Source: Eledone cirrhosa (lineage: Eukaryota). Taken from it: 64,000 nt of DNA. Of this stretch, positions 12,409-25,342 are shown piece after piece. A model generated the notes under the pieces. It was not told the origin of the DNA. It saw nothing but the letters and a program-made list of their open reading frames with translations, and did no database searches. The position numbers and the translations under genes were made by a program. The DNA lies in contig OZ024747.1 in assembly GCA_964016885.1 (NCBI GenBank), positions 14,818,001-14,882,000 on the forward strand, given 5' to 3'. Position 1 is the stretch's first letter. Each line of letters begins with the position of its first letter.

Positions 12409-12714
12409 GAAAGAATGAGAAATAAGATAGATTGAGTTGACGGGCGGGTTGGAAAGGAAAGAAATGTCTTTAGATAAAAATAACAGGTCCATTCATGTTG
12501 ACATCTCTTGCATAACTCTTGGTTATATATATATATCCAGGGAGTGTAACGTAATTGCAACAGGAGAGGTCCGACGAACCTTTGATTCCAGAGTCGGGTC
12601 AGATCGAGTCAGATCGAACCTTGTGCTGATCAATAGCGAAGTCACCAATCAATAACCTTAATAACAAATCGTACTTGGATTATATATATATATATATACA
12701 ATTTGTCAACTTTA

Positions 12715-12776
<62 letters not shown>

Positions 12777-13268
12777 ATCGATATTGCATGAATTTGTTCC
12801 ATTTGTTTGCGGATCGTATAAATACAAATATATTGAGCTATAAATTAACTTGACAAATCTATACTAAGTTGATCTCACAAATTATTAAACATTCTCATAC
12901 AAATATATATATATTTATATATATGTGTGTTTGTGTATGCGCGCGTGTATATATGTGTGTGTGTGTGTTATTTATTAACATCCATGAATAAGGAAAGCAT
13001 TGATCAGAGCAGCAAAGCGTATCCACCTGGAAATAAGCAGTACACAAACAATATAAACATACATAAGGGAATGGGGGAAAATGAAAACAAACATTTATAT
13101 ATATACATATAGACATACATGCCTATATATATATACACACACACACACACACGCACACACACACACACACACACATATATTTATATATATCTGTATGTGT
13201 GTGTGTGTGTTTATCCTGGGTTAAATCGGGGGTAACCACAATATGTACGGTAAACAATACATAGTAGA

Positions 13269-13303
13269 GTTGTGACAACAAATGAGGGTCTTTCACTCTC
13301 AGG

Positions 13304-13342
<39 letters not shown>

Positions 13343-13634
13343 AATAAAATAAAATAAATAATAAACAAAAATACAAGTATAAATATTTAATATAGAAATG
13401 TCTTCTACAGGACCAGAACTCTTTCATTCGAAGGAAATCATCATATACATATATATATATATATGGATGATGATTTCCTTTCTCTTCTAATGAAACAGTT
13501 CTGCTCCTGTAGAAGCCATTTCTATATTAAATATTTATACTTGTATTTTTTTTAATTATTTTTTTTTTATTTATTATTTTTTTTTTATTTATATATTTAC
13601 CTGAGAGTGAAATGCCCTCATTTGTTGTCACAAC
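13269..13634. repeat. Inverted repeat centred on (TA)n, arms related to the Penelope-like remnants at ~29095 and ~41730
   Basis: GTTGTGACAACAAATGAGGG..GGAAATCATC mirrored by GATGATTTCC..CCCTCATTTGTTGTCACAAC. Confidence 0.85.
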
Positions 13635-14241
13635 ATCTTTTTAGGAGAGGGGAAACTCTGAAAAAAACCCTGAGGCTTTGGAATCATCCGATGATGTTGA
13701 CCAGGTCTCCTTTTCGGGTAGTGTTTTCGATGCTCAGATACTGGGATTGGTTGAGTGCAAGACCTTTCCCAGCTTAAAAAGCCTTTACAGCACAGAAATT
13801 GTTTGTTCAGGATGTGTTACAGGCACCTAAACGTGCACCAAACTATAATCTGACAAGCGATTGCAGTACTGTCAGCAGAGTTTGCAGCCATCATATATGT
13901 ATCTATGTATATATTTGTGTTTGTTTTGTTTTGTGCAGTATTCTCTCACCCCTGGATATATGTGACTTTTATATATTACTTATGATTTGTTTATTCCCAC
14001 CATCACTCTCTGATCTCATTCTGTTTGATGCTTTGATCAATACCTTAATAGATTTAAGGTTTGTTTCACAAATAATGGTTGAACACGTCGGGCAGATACC
14101 AGTTTTATGGGCTGTAATCGACGACTGGTAGTACAAGAGACTCACCTAGACGGAGACCCCACAATTTTGTAAGGTTTACCTTCAGCTGCAACTGCTGCTA
14201 CATATTGGGTTTCAGCCACGTGTATTCGAGTGACACTAAAC

Positions 14242-14517
14242 AAGTCATGGGCAACATGCGGTCACCGAAGCTTTCTGAATGGCTCACTTAAGTCACCTTA
14301 GTGAAACCTTTCTGATTTTTTACCTTCAACTTTTCAGTCGTAATTCATCTTTCTATCATTTTTCGAGGAAAATAACGTGTACGAATTCTGAAGAAAAAAA
14401 ATCAAAACACCCTGAGTTACCGCCCTTTTTTTCGAATGAAAATTAGCGCTTGCGGACCGCCTGGTAATGAGCCATATCTCATGCGGGCGGCTTCTCGAAA
14501 CAGGTTGCCCATGCCTG
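14242..14517. mobile_element. hAT (Charlie-like) MITE
   Basis: 14-bp TIRs AAGTCATGGGCAAC / GTTGCCCATGCCTG (2 mismatches); 8-bp TSD CACTAAAC / CATTAAAC. Confidence 0.8.
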
Positions 14518-15336
14518 CATTAAACAAATATATCCATAAAGAAACAACCCCATGCTCGCTCTAGGAATCGATACTGTATATTTTCGATCATGTGCTCAGC
14601 AACGTAACCAGTTGTCTTTGGATGATATGATTCTGCCCGGTTAAAAATACCAACTAATATATCGATACCTCATTCATTGTAATGAGTTTCTAATCTGAAA
14701 CGAACATCTTAAACGTAGTCTTCCGTCTAGAACCAACAGATCATAGAACCTGATTCAAGTAGTTGGGACTCATATATAATAGTTCGTCATTTGTATTTAT
14801 GTATTATTGAAAAATATCAAATTGATCCGCCATGACTTCCGTTTTCTATTTTGTTTCTACGCTTACGCCTCCCTTTGTATTTCCTTTCATATTTACATTT
14901 ATTAGATATGGTTATATTATCACACTCAGTTAATGAAACTGTGGTTCCTATTGTACAAAATATACAATAACTGACTAAAAAATAAAAAAATATAGGAGAT
15001 GGTTATAAACAAAAGATCAAAAAGGTCTTGCAATAACAAGAAAAAACGTATCAGCTAATATCTAAAGGAATAGAAAGATAAACACAAATACACAGAACAA
15101 AACAAGTTACATTTCAACTTGATTATTTGTTTTTCATGAAAGACGCTGCTTTAGGTGAGCAGTAAAGAGACAATGAATTCGTTGAAGTGTAACCTTTATG
15201 GATTCGGGAGTTGCTTTATCTTCCACTGACGAGTCTATACTCGTTTGTCATTTTGTATTATGTTCATGTTTGTAGTCATTAGAAACGTCTCCACAACCGT
15301 ACAAACTACACACACACATGCACACAAACACACACA

Positions 15337-15450
<114 letters not shown>

Positions 15451-15515
15451 TATATACATATATATATACATGTATATACATACACACTCATACACATGTA
15501 CAAGTATATATATAT

Positions 15516-15591
15516 ATATCGTACAAACATACCCAAGTAGACGTAAACAAATAGATAAATACAGACAGAGGCGTGCAATCCCCACTCACAC

Positions 15592-15624
<33 letters not shown>

Positions 15625-15756
15625 CAGGTATCTAGATAGATGCCTGTTGTATATATACACATACAGATGCATTTATATATATATACATAAATATATACAA
15701 ACATATAATACATGTATAAACACATATTTACATTTGTATTTATATATATGAATCTA

Positions 15757-15848
<92 letters not shown>

Positions 15849-16089
15849 TAGATTCATATATATAAATACAAATGTAAATATGTGTTTATACATGTATTAT
15901 ATGTTTGTATATATTTATGTATATATATATAAATGCATCTGTATGTGTATACATACAACAGGCATCTATCTAGATACCTGCATGTATATATATATATATA
16001 TATATGTGTGTGAGTGTGAGTGGGGATTGCACGCCTCTGTCTGTGTTTATCTATTTGTTTACGTCTACTTGGGTATGTTTGTACGATAT
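15516..16089. repeat. Near-perfect ~250-bp inverted duplication centred on (TA)n
   Basis: ATATCGTACAAACATACCCAAGTAGACG.. mirrored by ..CGTCTACTTGGGTATGTTTGTACGATAT. Confidence 0.9.
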
Positions 16090-16388
16090 GTCAAACTTTA
16101 TTTGTCGATAATTTCTTAGTATATTTGCTCATTATATATTCTTTTATAACTTCGTTTGGAACAGTTATGGTATATATTCATCGGAATGAAACTCAGCAGC
16201 TGTCCGAGCATGATTAGTGTTGGATTATATGACTCCTTCCATTCCCAAATCGTCGAGTTCATCTTTTCCTTTCATTAATCCGTGCTCTGTAAAATTAACT
16301 CCCGGTCAAGTACTGTGTTTCTCTAATCAACATTGCCCAGGGCCCAAATTTTCCAGTCTTGTTCCTATATCAGAAATTATTATAATAA

Positions 16389-16800
16389 GGGTGGTGGATT
16401 GGCAGTATCGGTAGAGTGTCGGAAAATATGCTTAGTGGCATAGAGTTCTGGCCCGTTACGTTCTGCGTTCGAAACCCGCCGAGGTAAGCTTTGCTTTTCA
16501 TCCTTAAGGGGTCGATAAAATAAAGCACCAGTAATGTACTAGGATAATTGCTGGCCTTGTGTCAAAAGTAGAAACAATTATTCATATTTTTCTAAATTAG
16601 GCAGCAAATTAGCAAAGTTGTTTTGCAGTATTTGTTCCATCTCTTTGCACTCCATGTTCAAATCCTGCAGAGGTCCACTTCGACTTTCATCCTTTGAGAT
16701 TGATAAAGAGAGTACCAGTCCAGTAACACACTGGTGTCGATTTAATCGACTTTCCCATCCTCCAGCATTGCTGGCCTTGTGCTTAAAGTAGAAACAATTA
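16389..16800 (+). mobile_element. Two tandem family S SINEs (second degenerate)
   Basis: Same A/B boxes and GTCGATAAAATAAAG..GGCCTTGTG..GAAACAATTA body. Confidence 0.8.
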
Positions 16801-17515
16801 CTTGAAACTTACTTGGCATTCAGCTTCTTTCCCAAATCACATGAATATGATGCAGACAAGAAATCTGTATTCAAGCTGCTATGGGGGTGGAATTCTTGTT
16901 GGACGCCTCTCGAAAGCAACCGGAGGACAAGCTGACAGGCAGGGCAGGTGTGACTGGAGTGGAGCTGTTAAAAGCTTACACCATTGGGTACAGGCGTTCA
17001 TAGGTCTTTATTATGCAACTGTACTCGTACGACAAAATGTTTGTAGCTAGAGACCGACTGAAAAAGTGCATCACATTTCTACCATTTCGGACAATCAAAG
17101 GAGCTAATATATGGTCATTTGTCTGCTGAAAATGGCAGCGAAACAGCCCTTCAATCAATGTCTTTCGTCTTAGTGGGTGAGCATATATTGAGTAATATCA
17201 AAATGTGTTATGTCAGGGAAAACAACAGAATTAGAATGGCGGGAAGATCTGTGATAGTAGGTGTCTGTTGTCAGAGTGGCCTGATGCATACCAATAAAAT
17301 TCAGAATAGAGCTTCCAAGAAGTAATCAATAAGAAGATTCCTTCTTACAAGGAGATTAATTCTCAAAAATGCTAACAGATTCTTCCTATTAGAAATGTGC
17401 TTCTTGCAATACAAAGTTTGTTGCATTTTTTAGTTAGTCTTGTCTCATGCCCTGTGTACCGATTTCTGTTCATGCTAGGATATATATATATATACATATA
17501 TATATATATGTGTGT

Positions 17516-17547
<32 letters not shown>

Positions 17548-17824
17548 ATTTGTGTGTGTATTTGTATGTATGTGTGTGTGTGTGTGTATGTGCGTGTGTG
17601 TGTGCGTGTGTGTGTGTCTGCATGTGTGTATATATATGTGCGCGTGTGTGTGTGTGTGTGTGTATAAAATGACAGACAGGTACGCAGGTTTCGTTGGGTT
17701 CTCGGCACCAATTTCTTCAGCCTCTCATGAGAAAGATGAAAGACAAAGATAGCCGCCTATGGTTGAGAACTCTTGCTCTTGGATATTTCCACTTCACTTT
17801 TACTTCAGTATATATATTTCCTCA

Positions 17825-18905
17825 TCTCTCTATATATATAAAACAAAGGATCTCTGTCTGTGTAAATCCCTAAAGCTCGAGAAGTACACGACCAATTTTT
17901 TACAAACTTTACACATGCGTTACTTATATTTCTTGAAGTGCAATGTACTAAAAATAATTTAACTTCTTCTGCCCAGGGTCCGCATTAGGCGAAACTCCGC
18001 ATTTTTAAGACATTTTTAGGCTTTTTTGAGGCGTAACTTAAAGATAATTCAGCCGATTTCCTCGAAATTTGCAGCACACATTATTTCGTCCCCTCGCATT
18101 GCTGTGGACAAAAAAAAAATGGTTTCTAGGAAATTTCCGAATTAGCATTGGGCATTACATGCCATTTTCATTTTCAATATAAACGCTACTTAAACATCGT
18201 AAGTAGCGTATAATATTTCGTTAAAAATTTGGTTTATTTAACAGAGGTCACAACACTTACTTTTAAGCAGGACCATTTTCGGGGGATTGAGGAAATGAGG
18301 AGGACCTTACAATTTTTGTCGGCGCCCTGTTGACGCTTCGTGCTTTCATCACGCGCAAATCCGGGCCCTGGGTACGTTACCGTGTTATTGACTCAGTAAA
18401 ACTCAATGTCTATGCTACTTCTACTACGACCTTTTTGTCGCACCTTTGTTGATGTGTAAACCAGTGCAACCAGTGTCCAGCGTTTGTGCTAATTGCACTA
18501 TGACCCCCCCCCCCGTCTGCTGACGCTACGTTGCCACGTCGATTTAGTCATCGCAATATCCTTACTTAAACGTACATCCCTAGTTGGTTTTCACACAATT
18601 GACTACGTCGCTCCTTCATACTGACCTGTGTTCCCCATCCGTGACGTAATTCGCGAACAGACTTACGACATACATCGACCCACAACACTTACTTACTCCT
18701 TTGGCATACAGGATTTCCGCAATCACCCCACTGACACTACTACTACTGGAATCGGCCTGCTGGAGTTCTACGTTTCCAGTAGATAAACAATCATTCGCTG
18801 AGAATAATAGAATTTAAAAAGTACACAGCTACATTCCTCAATCTTTGCAAATGCATGTGCTATTTTACGTTTCCTACCCCGTGCAACGCCGGGACCTGCT
18901 GCTAG
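17825..18905 (+). mobile_element. Non-autonomous Helitron
   Basis: A^TC 5' terminus (TCTCTCTATATATATAAAAC); 3' GC-rich hairpin CCCGTGCAACGCCGGG followed by CTAG^T, i.e. insertion between A and T with no TSD. Confidence 0.8.
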
Positions 18906-18924
18906 TATATATATATATATATAT

Positions 18925-18963
<39 letters not shown>

Positions 18964-19188
18964 CTGTGTTTGCGCGTGTGTGTGTGTTTGCGTGTGTGGG
19001 TGCATATATGGATAACAAGGGAAAGGGAGAGAATATGAAGCCAGATAGAGATAGGAAGCGTATGATAAGTTGTAGTTTGTGTGCATGTTTTTAATAGATT
19101 GTTAGGTTTGTAGCATACATATGTATATGTTTGTTTGCATTTAGATATATATGTGTGTTTATATTTCACTCTCCCCCACCCATCCACC

Positions 19189-19262
<74 letters not shown>

Positions 19263-19837
19263 ATGTATGAGTGTGTGTGTGTGTGTGTGTGTATGTCTGT
19301 GTGTTTGTATGTGTGTATGTATGCCTTGTGTATGTCTGTATAATGTTAATTATTTGTAGAAGAGTTGCCGCACGACAAGAATATTTAAAAAAAACCTTAT
19401 TTCATGTTATTTAGATATTCAACAGAAAGATAGGAAAGTGTAGGGTGTCTTTCACAGAAGAGAAGAAGAGATTTAATAAAAATAAGTTAAAGTAAAGAGA
19501 ACGAAGAAAATCAAAGAAATTTTAAAATGGTATAGTACAATGTAATGAGAAAAGATGTAGATAATTAGTGAAGAATAGACTAAATGAGTTTAGAAAACTG
19601 CAGAATTCTGTAAGATAGAGAGATTCCGAACATCAAGACATATTTTGAATACGAAAATTGCAAAGAATATATATATATATATATATATATATATGGTGAA
19701 AATACACACACAAGCACATATTTACATATATATATATATATATGTATATACGTAAGTATATGTGTATGTATGTATATATTTATAATATATATATATATAT
19801 GTAAATATATATATATATATATATATATATTCATACT

Positions 19838-19902
<65 letters not shown>

Positions 19903-20679
19903 ACATATATTCATTCATTCATTCATTCATTTATATATACATACATACATACACACATACATACATACACACATACATACAAATATAAATACATAAAAAC
20001 ACACTTCCATACATACATATGTACGTCCGTACGAACATACATATTTATATGAAAAATATATAAAAGAATATCATTCGTTTAAAAGAGAAAAAAATGCTAG
20101 GAAGCGAATCATTAAAAAATTACACAACCAAATCTGAAACATCCTGGGATTTGAAAAAAAGGAGGAAAACCCAGCAAATGCAGTGTATGGCAAGATGATC
20201 AGTTCAAGACCGCTGCAGGCAGGTAAAAGTAGCTTTATGATAATGAAGATCCGTGCTGTGGTAGAAGTCATGATAAATGTTTGTATGTAGATAGAGAGAA
20301 CAAGAAAAAGAAGGGAGGTAATTGAGAATGAGAGAGATAGAGAAAGACTACTAGCTCGTGTCTAGACAAATTTCTTTAAATTCCAGTTAATATAGCCCTT
20401 CCTATTCGTTTTCGTTTTAAATATGAATAGATATAAATCACCGTATTATGATTTAGGTATCTATTTAATACGTGGACTATATATATATATATATATACGT
20501 TTATATAATTATTTATTTATTTGTACACAAGCATACACAGATACACATATTTATATGTGCGTGGTTTTGTATACCTATGGTAAGGTTTTGCGTATGCTTG
20601 TGTATGTACGTATCTGTTTGCGTGTATGTATTTATTTGTTCCTATTACTTCTGTATTGTATTTATTTACTTTCTTCTTA

Positions 20680-21140
20680 ACTCTGTAGCGGAGATTCATT
20701 CGGTCTCCTAGTTAGAATTTTAGTCTACGACTTCTGCTATACCGTTTACGTGGTCTTGTCTTTGCACGCTATTGTTCTCCACGCTCCACATATGACTTAT
20801 TATCTTCGTTTTTTCGTTCATTGCTAGAGAACGTCTCTATGCACCACTTAGAGAACATTAGTCTACGACCTCTTTTATACCATAAACGTGGTTCTGTCCT
20901 TGCACGTAATTGTTTTTCACCGCTCCTATTAATGACGTATTATTCGTTTTTTCCCGTTCTTTGCCAGCGAACGTCACCATGAACCAAAGTATCGTCTTCC
21001 TGTCTTCCTCCGGTTGCAACGTTTTTTGAAATATCCAGTTCTGCGTTTACAGATTGACTTTGTTAGTTTCAGAAGATCCCGTTAAGGGTGAAAGCAGCGA
21101 TTCTTTGCTTAAACTTTAATCTGTTATTTTAATAAATAAT
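20680..21140 (+). mobile_element. Repeat family X (Penelope pLTR-like) with internal ~140-bp tandem duplication
   Basis: TTAGTCTACGAC..ACGTGGT..TTGCACG..GAACGTC occurs twice; matches 63748-64000 in reverse; AATAAA then (TA)n at the 3' end. Confidence 0.75.
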
Positions 21141-21164
21141 AAATATATATATATATATATAACG

Positions 21165-21316
21165 AAGGAAATGTGGTAAGGAACCAGGTGGACCATAACG
21201 CACCAAAGTACTCAATACTTAGGGTAGTAGAGTGGGTAATAGGAACCAGTAAGACCCCGACGGCTGAGCTCAAGCCGTCGAAACGGCTTGAGCTCAGCCG
21301 TCGGGGTCTTACTGGT

Positions 21317-21322
<6 letters not shown>
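21165..21322 (-). mobile_element. TA-flanked fold-back element (family Y), palindrome 21239-21322
   Basis: Shares GGTGGACCATAACGCACCA.AGTACTCAATACTT and GACCCCGACGGCTGAGCTC with 23185-23374. Confidence 0.8.
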
Positions 21323-21362
<40 letters not shown>

Positions 21363-21791
21363 ATGTGTGTATATGTATATATGTATGTATACTTTATATT
21401 AGCGTGTTCATTTGAGAGTATATATAGCCTTACATACATATATTCACACACACGCGCACATTGATATACAGAAACACATACATACATATGATTATTTGTT
21501 TGCATATGTATTTCTCCCGATGCGCATGTGATTGCATCTATGCATTTTTAGACACATGGCTATGAACACACATGCTTTCTCTTAAAAAAAAAAACAACTA
21601 TCTTTCCGTTTCTTCGTCTTCGTACTCTCGTCTATATTTCTATTTCCTCACTTATTTCTCATATGTACTTTGATGGAGAACCAATGTCCTAAACGTTATG
21701 ATACTTTTCCTGCTATATCAATCATTTAACCCGTATATGTCTTCATTGCAACGTAACCTATCGGCGTGTGGTTTAACCGGTTAATAGTCAC

Positions 21792-21885
<94 letters not shown>

Positions 21886-21888
21886 TTA

Positions 21889-21939
<51 letters not shown>

Positions 21940-21945
<6 letters not shown>

Positions 21946-22536
21946 GACGTAAATAAGAAAGTTATGAAAATTGACTTACTTACTAAAATTTCACTCCAAC
22001 TAATTAGTTTCTGTAAGGGGATAAATATGGTTACGGAGCGCATCCATAGAGAAGCCTTACGTCATCAGGGTGTCTATTCTCAGCTAAGCTTCCAGGCAAT
22101 GCGGGGACACTGGGAACTTATATAAAAATAATTCAGTGGATGGAAAAAAGCGAGCGGGGGCTAGATTCCAAGACATTGAAAAATTCACTGCCTACTTGGT
22201 CAAGTGGCAAATTCAAAAGAATCAATCACGTGACACTGAGGTTAATCAGATAGGAGTGGGGGTGCTATTAAGACAGAGCCTTGCCACTACTATTAATCAC
22301 AGTAGTAATTTCGGCAAGTTTTGCTCAACAAATAATTTGGAGATAATTATAAAGAATTAGTATATCTACCAACATATGTATACAGATGCATACATATGTT
22401 AGCAAATATATATGTTTTGTCTTAGTAACTTTGTGGTTCTATGCAAGGGGATGCAGAACACTTATATGAAAGACGTAAATAAGAAAGTTATGAAAATTGA
22501 CTTACTTACTAAAATTTCACTCCAACTAATTAGTTG
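21940..22536 (-). mobile_element. Retrozyme/Penelope-like non-coding element with ~70-bp direct repeats 526 bp apart
   Basis: TGAAAGACGTAAATAAG..CTCCAACTAATTAGTT at 21941 and 22467; (TA)n on both sides; contains a hammerhead. Confidence 0.75.
21993..22073 (-). ncRNA. Type I hammerhead ribozyme
   Basis: Minus strand: ACACC CUGAUGA c GUAAGG..CCUUAC a GAAA CUAAUUAG UU GGAGU. Palindromic stem III, GUU cleavage triplet. Confidence 0.75.
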
Positions 22537-22580
22537 GTAGATTTACTAATTCTTTATAATATATATATATATATATAATA

Positions 22581-23184
<604 letters not shown>

Positions 23185-23186
<2 letters not shown>

Positions 23187-23374
23187 AAGAAAGTTTGGTA
23201 AGAAACCTGGTGGACCATAACGCACCAGAGTACTCAATACTTTGGTTTGTAAAGTGGATAAGAGGAAAAGAGTCAGGACCCCGACGGCTGAGCTCCGACT
23301 ATTTCGACAGCTATATCCGAACTGTTAGGATCTAGCTGCTGGAGCTCAGCCGTTGGGGTCCTGATTATTTTCCT
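23185..23374 (-). mobile_element. TA-flanked fold-back element (family Y) containing the 3' half of a hammerhead
   Basis: Arms 23263-23304 / 23341-23374; the loop on the minus strand reads CAGCUAGAUCC..GGAUAUAGCUGUC GAAA UA GUC. Confidence 0.75.
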
Positions 23375-23400
23375 ATATATATATACATATATATATACAC

Positions 23401-23480
<80 letters not shown>

Positions 23481-23507
23481 AGAGAGAGAGAGAGAGAGTG
23501 AGAGAGA

Positions 23508-23579
<72 letters not shown>

Positions 23580-24487
23580 ATATGATGGCCAAAATGCGAC
23601 TTATTCTTATTTTGAACGACGGTCATGAATATGTTGAAAAATTTGTTTGATGAAATCTCAAGATGGTGAAATCAAATATTTATGATGCAGGAAATTTTAT
23701 TCAAATAACAGAAAAAATTCACAACAAAAAATAAATTAGAAATTGTTTATAATTATTGCAGTGTTCTGACTCTTTCTTTCATCTTTATTTATTAAATGCT
23801 TAAAATTCATCAAGCTGTTGTCTCACGACTTAAATATGTACATAAAACGTTATAAATGGATAAAGAAATCTTTTTTTTTAAATGCACTACATCAACATAG
23901 AATATACAATAGAAGTTTAACTTAATCTGCATACAATAAATATCAACATACAATAAATAATGCTGAAAAGTCTGGAATCATTGTAGTGATAATATCCATA
24001 ATAACATTATACGTAGCGAGATGGCGGAATAATTAGTGTGCCGCTGAAATAATTGTTTACTTGAATGTTTTCTATTAGTTGTTGTTGTCATTTAGCCCAA
24101 GGTTTGACCTGATATGGTAGATATATCAATGCGTTTCAGCTATATCAATCGTATCATTCCCAGTTGACACAGCATAGTATCTAGGTCTACATTATCCAAA
24201 ACTTCCTTTGTTTTTAAAATGATGCTACCCTATAAACAAAGAGTGTCAAATTCACTGGTCAACAGCTATAACCAACACCTCATTTATCACAAGCCAGTGT
24301 AGCTAGGACTACTAAGATGTTACTGATATTAGGCATCAGAAATGTTAGATGTTACTGTATTTTAGGTGGCGAGTCATTAAAATGTCGAATAGAATACTTT
24401 CGAATATTTACTAAGACGTTTGGGCTTATGATTTCAATTCCGTTTAAAGCCAAATTTGCTTTACATCTGTCTGGAGTCAACAAATAT

Positions 24488-24670
24488 AATTGTTTCTAAT
24501 TTTGGCAGTAGGCCAGCAATTACCCAGTGCATTACTGGTACTTTATTTTATCGACCCCGTAAAGATGAAAGGCAAAGTTAACCTCAGCTGGATTTGAACT
24601 CAGAATGGCAAGGTCCGTAACTCTATGCGTCGAAGCATGGCGTCCGACCCACTACCGATACTGCCAATCC
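24488..24670 (-). mobile_element. Family S SINE
   Basis: Matches the family S consensus in reverse. Confidence 0.85.
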
Positions 24671-25185
24671 CAATCAAATACATATTTTTCCAACTCACTC
24701 TCTTTCTTTTTTACTTTCTTTCCTTCGTTCTTTCTTTTTTTCTTTCTTTTGCTCTCTTTTTCCTCTTCACTAATCGGTTATGCTTCTCTTTGAGGAGGAG
24801 GAAGAAGGCAGTATACTTTTCTCCAGAAATTAGAAAGAAGCTCTAAATCTCTGCAAATAAAAATACATTGATCTGCTGCTGCAACCATCCAAAGCCTGAC
24901 AAACTGTACAGCACACCACAGCACTCAACGTTTAAACATCTATTCCAATGCTCGATAGGCTTAAAATAGCAGCCAATCACCCTCAAATCACACCTTAACA
25001 ACTTAGAAAATAGAAGAACCCTTTATGTAACGTAAAACTAAATATCTCTAAAATGACTATTAGGTCATGACTGCAATCTCTGTATTCATAGGTTAAAAAT
25101 CAGTTTTTAGGTAGGATGGGAGAACAATAACAAGTCGAATAGCTCTGGTGGCATAATTGAACCAGATTTGAAACGATATATATTT

Positions 25186-25342
<157 letters not shown>

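Noticed and set aside
21665-21700. TTTGATGGAG..GTCCTAAACGTTA, similar to the minimal hammerhead at 12377
   Set aside because: Both core segments are mutated; at best a dead remnant.
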